DNA of 29,664 nucleotides, from positions 1-29,664 of the forward strand of contig JANOEP010000003.1 of assembly GCA_031441465.1 (NCBI GenBank), in the 5' to 3' direction. The notes under the pieces were generated by a model, which saw nothing but the letters and a program-made list of their open reading frames with translations, was not told the origin of the DNA and did not search any database. This DNA comes from a bacterium. GTDB taxonomy: Bacteria; Krumholzibacteriota; Krumholzibacteriia; LZORAL124-64-63. This document shows positions 26,401 through 29,664 of this stretch, piece after piece. Position 1 is the stretch's first letter. Every line of letters begins with the position of its first letter. Both the position numbers and the translations under genes were made by a program.

Positions 26401-26547
26401 GCGGACGCGGACCTGACCGCCGGCCGGCACGAAGCGGTCTGGGACGGCCGCGGCGCCGACGGGGGCCACGTCGCCGCGGGCGTCTACCTGCTGCGCGTAG
26501 CTGCGGGCGGCGAGCAGCGCTCGGCCAAGCTCGTGCTGGCGAAGTAG
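23449..26547 (+). CDS. Secreted papain-family (C1A) cysteine peptidase fused to Ig-like, right-handed beta-helix, FN3-like and FlgD-Ig domains
   Basis: ATG 23449 after GAAAGG, followed by a signal peptide (..AGTAFA|Q). Catalytic motifs NQGGCGSCWAF (Cys 23773), NHLILIVGW (His 24169), KNSWG (Asn 24235). GGA(I/V/F/L)/FxxN repeats; SPCLDRGDP..DGSRADIGAYGG; C-terminal PNPFNPRTKIRF...WDGR...GVYLLR...KLVLAK. Confidence 0.92.
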   Translation: MRPCNLFCASVPATTRLFVLACLLTVAVAGTAFAQSNPTWEPTTAFTDSLTPQRRANLYGFELPPDYQREYLDHLKIYPTDKVDLPSNFSWVSQDGVTSVKNQGGCGSCWAFAAIGQIESHLKIFYGQDLNLSEQQMILCNPYGADCDGGWASAVYNVAMTYGAVHEEDIPYTEGTVSSCTQTSHLPFGFVTSWHYVSNNVTQIKTALLDGPVCSAFNADEPFPSYGTGCYTDNVGPYTNHLILIVGWDDRACGGTGGWICKNSWGSSFGEAGYFTIKYGVSLIGTSTTQIDLMVPPTSVTVLGPLDDREYLAGETVDIAWTTSGAAAATVDIWASLDGYLDTKIADDVPNTGHYLWTLPNHSTTLLKFCVVPLGNTRQGFGTSPDRMRLLGHRTRYVSPTGGNVAPYETKATAAISLAAALVACTGRDTVLVTAGDYSERVSVTTPTTIIGGWNPTFTARDPLPGATRLQAIDSAMGFVGGLDGHAGVVGFEFYDCVGGISSVPVFGRHGGAIYINGSSPTIRDCVFTNNTANPFNGDGVGGAIIVINGAPRIENCVFQGNRAKLGGAVALINADGAVLTGNLYLHNACMDSVAGQEGAGVYALDSRLDLIGEIFTGNRRCAAGAALSASGSTVTARNVVATGNRADARGGAFQCLGGSLVVEGGRYDANVARIDRGGALNLDGAVCDVRNAVFTGNAAGVLGATLAMNAAPTIRLENTLLLGSTGAGYGAVFLTGVGSVVLSNCVVAGNAHGGVAGSAAAFAADHNVLWNNVGGHYVGLTGGAHDILADPGFCSPAVGDYALALHSPCLDRGDPDPARLDPDGSRADIGAYGGPGSTPVAPAAVTQLSLTELAGASASLAWAPNAEPDVDHYVVYRLPDAGTQPGAAHVAGVVAHPGHTFASAQSDGCFQVVAVDQDGHVGGYSATVTAGATAAGDAPRALAIAAVTPNPFNPRTKIRFDVPRAGRVEVRIYDMRGRTVRTLADADLTAGRHEAVWDGRGADGGHVAAGVYLLRVAAGGEQRSAKLVLAK

Positions 26548-26599
26548 CGGGTCGCGCGACCCGGGAATCAGGAAGGGCCACCCCGCGGGGTGGCCCTTC
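26548..26599. terminator. Tandem GC-rich palindromes between convergent genes (probable bidirectional terminator)
   Basis: Perfect palindromes CGGGTCGCGCGACCCG (26548-26563) and GAAGGGCCACCCCGCGGGGTGGCCCTTC (26572-26599); no clear U-tract. Confidence 0.6.
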
Positions 26600-26621
26600 G
26601 CGCGCCCGGTTGCCGGCGTCC

Positions 26622-27734
26622 TCAACCCGCCAGCGCCGCCAGCATGTCGTCGAGGTCGACGCGCGCGTCGATGTCCACCGCGCCGATCCGCAGCGGCAGC
26701 ACCCAGCGCATCTCGCCGCCGCGCACCTTCTTGTCGCCGGCGACCAGGGTGGCGGTCGCGCGCCGCGGCGGGGCGGCCGACGCCACGGCCAGCCCGCAGG
26801 CCGTCAGCAGCGCGACGATGCGGTCGGCGTCGCGGCGGGAGCAGACCCCGCGCGACGCGGCCAGGCGCGCGGCCGCGGCCAGTCCCAGCGCTACGGCTTC
26901 GCCGTGAGCCAGGCCCAGCTGCAGTTCCAGCGCGTGGCCGAGCGTGTGCCCGAGGTTCAGCGCCCGCCGCGGTCCGGCCTCGCGGAAGTCGCGCGCGACC
27001 AGCCTCCCCTTCACCCGCACCGCGCCGTCGATCCAAGCGGCCCAGGGCAGTCCCAGCACGCCGGGCACGGCACGATCCGCACGCCCCCGGGCCAGCAGGT
27101 CCGCGAGGTCGGGGGCGCGTGCCTCGAGGTCGCGGAACAGGGGAGCGGAGCCGATCACCGCGGCCTTGACCGTCTCGGCCAGCCCGCAGCGCCAGTCGCG
27201 CCGAGTCAGCGTGCCCAGCAGGCCCGGTTCGATCAGCACGCTGGTGGCGGGATGGAACGCGCCGACGGGATTCTTCAGCGCCCCGAGATCGACGGCGGTC
27301 TTGCCGCCGAGGGCGGCGTCCACCGCCGCCAGCAACGTCGTGGGTACGGCCACGAATTCCACGCCGCGCTGCCAGGTCGCCGCCGCGAAACCGGCGAGAT
27401 CCAGCACCGCGCCGCCGCCGCCCACCCCCACGACCACGCCGTCGCGCGGCAGCCTGCGTGCGGCGAGCCATGCCCAGACCCGCTCCAGGTTCGCCACCGA
27501 TTTGGCAACCTCGCCCCCGGGCACCACCAGTCGGGGCAGGGGAGACCCGCCGCCGTCCCGCAGCACCGTCGCCAACCGCGCCTCATGCAGCCGGGCCGGC
27601 ATCCGGTCGACGATCGCCACGGCGGGCTTCCCGCCCAGCCGCCGCGCGAGCCCGTCGAGCGCGCCGTCGTGGCCCAGATACTCGGTCGTCACGCCGCCAA
27701 GCCGGTACCGTCGATGCAACACGCTGTCGGACAA
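26622..27734 (-). CDS. aroB: 3-dehydroquinate synthase
   Basis: GGGAVLDLAGFAAATWQRG, PTTLLAAVDAALGGKT, KNPVGAF, ALNLGHTLGHALE, HGEAVALG, DKK. In-frame TTG at 27734 chosen as start because GGAGG lies 7 nt upstream. Confidence 0.92.
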   Translation of the reverse strand: MSDSVLHRRYRLGGVTTEYLGHDGALDGLARRLGGKPAVAIVDRMPARLHEARLATVLRDGGGSPLPRLVVPGGEVAKSVANLERVWAWLAARRLPRDGVVVGVGGGGAVLDLAGFAAATWQRGVEFVAVPTTLLAAVDAALGGKTAVDLGALKNPVGAFHPATSVLIEPGLLGTLTRRDWRCGLAETVKAAVIGSAPLFRDLEARAPDLADLLARGRADRAVPGVLGLPWAAWIDGAVRVKGRLVARDFREAGPRRALNLGHTLGHALELQLGLAHGEAVALGLAAAARLAASRGVCSRRDADRIVALLTACGLAVASAAPPRRATATLVAGDKKVRGGEMRWVLPLRIGAVDIDARVDLDDMLAALAG

Positions 27735-27840
27735 GACAAAACCTCCGCAACGGGAAAGGCGGACAGGAAAACCGTGCGCCAGAATACCAGATCGGACCGG
27801 TTGTGCCTGCGTAATTGTGTCCAAGCTGCCTCAGGGCCTG

Positions 27841-27999
27841 TTCATCGCGAGGCGTGCATGATCCACCAGACGGCGGGGGCGTCTGCAGGGTCCCGGCGTC
27901 AGGAGGGCGCCGGGACCCGAAAGTCGAGCGAGCCGGTCACAGGATGTGACCGACGAGCGCCCCCCGCCGGCTGGTGGATCATGCACGCCTTGCGATGAA
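27841..27999. repeat. Branched palindromic element (long outer stem, two inner hairpins with AGGA loops); MITE-like or structured RNA
   Basis: 27841-27881 pairs with 27958-27999 (39 Watson-Crick pairs, 1 G-U, 1 mismatch, 1 bulge). Inner hairpins at 27888-27918 (loop AGGAG) and 27934-27952 (loop AGGAT). Confidence 0.8.
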
Positions 28000-28011
28000 T
28001 ACGCATTTCAT

Positions 28012-28039
28012 TTGACCCCCATCCGGCAGGCACTACCTT
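28012..28039 (+). promoter_or_regulatory. Putative sigma-70 promoter for the por operon
   Basis: TTGACC (28012-28017), 16 bp, TACCTT (28034-28039). Confidence 0.4.
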
Positions 28040-28112
28040 TGTTTCCGGAACGATACAGCGGGGACCCGGCCGGCCCCCGCGGCCAGATTCGGTGCAAGGA
28101 GTGTGATGGATC

Positions 28113-28694
28113 ATGGCAGCAGCGACCACTGAGATCCGCTGGCACGGCCGCGGCGGACAGGGGGCCAAGACGGCGGCGATTTTCCTGGCCGAGGCGGTCC
28201 TCGACCAGGGCAAGCACAGCCAGGGCTTCCCCGAGTACGGCCCCGAACGGCGAGGCGCCCCCGTGCGCGGGTTCACCCGCATCTCCGACGCCCCGATCCG
28301 ACTGCACTGCAGCATCGCCGAGCCCGACTACGTGATCGTGCTCGACCCCACGCTGCTGGACTCCGCGGCCGCCGGCGTGCCCGACGGCGCCAGCGAGAAC
28401 ACGGTCTTCCTGATCAACACCGTCGAGACCCCCGCCAACATCCGCAAGCGGTTGGGCATCAAGGGCGGCAAGGTCCACACCGTGGACGCTTCGCTCATCG
28501 CCCAGGAGAGCTTCGGGCGCCCGATCCCCAACATGCCGATGATCGGCGCGCTGGCCGCGGTGGCCGACGTGATCACCCTGGAGAACCTCATCTCCTCACT
28601 GGTTGTGCGCTTCAAGAAGAAGTTCAGCCAGGCCGTCATCGACGGGAACGTCACCGCCGTGGAGAGGGCCTACAAGGAGTTGGTGTCTGAATGA
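28113..28694 (+). CDS. porC: Pyruvate/2-oxoacid:ferredoxin oxidoreductase gamma subunit
   Basis: SD AAGGAG; EIRWHGRGGQGAKTA, FPEYGPERRGAP, VLDPTL, PNMPMIGA. Confidence 0.93.
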   Translation: MAAATTEIRWHGRGGQGAKTAAIFLAEAVLDQGKHSQGFPEYGPERRGAPVRGFTRISDAPIRLHCSIAEPDYVIVLDPTLLDSAAAGVPDGASENTVFLINTVETPANIRKRLGIKGGKVHTVDASLIAQESFGRPIPNMPMIGALAAVADVITLENLISSLVVRFKKKFSQAVIDGNVTAVERAYKELVSE

Positions 28695-28999
28695 GCCTCA
28701 TCCCGACTTCCGACCTGAACGAGGGCGGCATCATCACCGAGGCCGGCAACGCCGCCGCCTTCAAGACGGGCGATTGGCGCTCGAACGTGCCGCAGTGGGT
28801 CCCCGAGAACTGCATCCATTGCATGTTCTGCTGGATCTACTGCCCGGATACGGCCGTGGCCATCGACAATACCGGCGAGAAGACCGTCATGACGGGCTTC
28901 GTCTTCGAGCACTGCAAGGGTTGCGGGATCTGTGCGCAGCACTGTCCGCCCGCCGCCAAGGGGAAAGCGGCCATCGTCATGGTCCGCGACGAGAAGTAG
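28691..28999 (+). CDS. porD: Pyruvate/2-oxoacid:ferredoxin oxidoreductase delta subunit (2x[4Fe-4S])
   Basis: KTGDWR; CIHCMFCWIYCP and CKGCGICAQHCP; ATGA overlap with the gamma gene. Confidence 0.93.
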   Translation: MSLIPTSDLNEGGIITEAGNAAAFKTGDWRSNVPQWVPENCIHCMFCWIYCPDTAVAIDNTGEKTVMTGFVFEHCKGCGICAQHCPPAAKGKAAIVMVRDEK

Positions 29000-29018
29000 C
29001 CACGGAAAGGAGTGTCCC

Positions 29019-29664
29019 ATGAAGCAGATCTACGTCGGGCTGACCGGGAACGAGGCCGTGGCGACCGCCTTCAAGCAGGCTCGTCCCCACGTGGCCCCCG
29101 CGTTCCCGATCACGCCCCAGACCGAGATGATGCACAAGTTCGCCGACTTCGTCGCCGACGGGGTCGTCGACACCGAGATGATCCTGGTCGAGAGCGAGCA
29201 CTCGGCCATGAGCGCGGCGATCGGCTCGGCCGCCACCGGCGCCCGCACCTTCACCGCCACCAGTTCGGCCGGCTTCGCCCTGATGTGGGAAGTCATCTAC
29301 ATCGCCGCGTCGCTGCGGCTGCCGATCTGCATGCCGGTGGTCAACCGCGCGCTGTCCGGCAACATCAACATCCACAACGACCACTCCGACGCCATGGGCG
29401 GCCGCGACGCCGGCTGGATCCAGCTGTGGTGTGAGAACACCCAGGAGGCGTACGACCACGCCCTGATGTGCTGGCGCATCGCCGAGCACAAGGACGTGCG
29501 CCTGCCGGTGATGATCAACTACGACGGCTTCATCATCAGCCACACGTCCGAGTCGCTGCACATCCTGCCGGACGAGGACGCCTGGAAATTCATCGGGCCC
29601 AAGGATCTCAAGACCGGCTACTCTCTGCTGGACATGGACCACCCGATCACGGTCGGGCCGTTGG
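29019..29664 (+). CDS. porA: Pyruvate/2-oxoacid:ferredoxin oxidoreductase alpha subunit, 3'-truncated
   Basis: Absent from the ORF track because there is no stop in the window. ATG 29019 after AAGGAG translates as MKQIYVGLTGNEAVA...FPITPQTE...ESEHSAMS...GARTFTATSS...VNRALS...HNDHSD...DGFIISH. Confidence 0.93.
   Translation, partial: MKQIYVGLTGNEAVATAFKQARPHVAPAFPITPQTEMMHKFADFVADGVVDTEMILVESEHSAMSAAIGSAATGARTFTATSSAGFALMWEVIYIAASLRLPICMPVVNRALSGNINIHNDHSDAMGGRDAGWIQLWCENTQEAYDHALMCWRIAEHKDVRLPVMINYDGFIISHTSESLHILPDEDAWKFIGPKDLKTGYSLLDMDHPITVGPL

Noticed and set aside
27882..27957. Hammerhead ribozyme reading of the three-way junction (CUG...stem...GAAA)
   Set aside because: The core reads CUGCAG rather than CUGANGA, GAAA is not directly followed by stem III, and there is no NUH cleavage site in position.
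2057..27998. Very long alternative-frame and antisense ORFs (e.g. 2057..4864 -, 5311..10023 -, 17606..20812 -, 20475..23297 -, 23311..27471 -, 25413..27998 +)
   Set aside because: They are shadows of real genes caused by stop-codon scarcity at very high GC: Arg/Pro/Gly/Ala-rich, no recognisable motifs, and overlapping well-supported CDSs.
29012..29434. ORF 29012..29434 as the gene after porD
   Set aside because: Wrong frame. The frame starting at ATG 29019 encodes the recognisable alpha subunit.

Overview
Gene-dense, very GC-rich bacterial chromosomal segment. A C-terminal FlgD-Ig 'PNPFNP' sorting domain suggests an FCB-group lineage such as Krumholzibacteriota/Latescibacterota (inference). 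In order: a very large membrane NtrY-type histidine kinase truncated at the left edge; a coupled envelope operon (DUF4159, DUF4175-like, TPR protein, secreted GATase-I-like protein); a 163-bp MITE-like palindrome; a CPBP protease (minus strand); HAD-nnr-tsaD; a c-di-GMP signalling cassette behind a consensus sigma-54 promoter (REC-GGDEF, REC, GAF-histidine kinase-GAF-degenerate HD-GYP, REC); priA; a secreted papain-like protease/beta-helix fusion; aroB (minus strand); a second ~160-bp branched palindrome with AGGA loops; and the start of a four-subunit pyruvate:ferredoxin oxidoreductase operon truncated at the right edge. No rRNA, tRNA, CRISPR array or transposase was seen. The most notable items are the kinase/pseudo-HD-GYP cassette, the two structured intergenic elements and the uncharacterised envelope operon. 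All family calls come from motif recognition by eye; no database searches were run.
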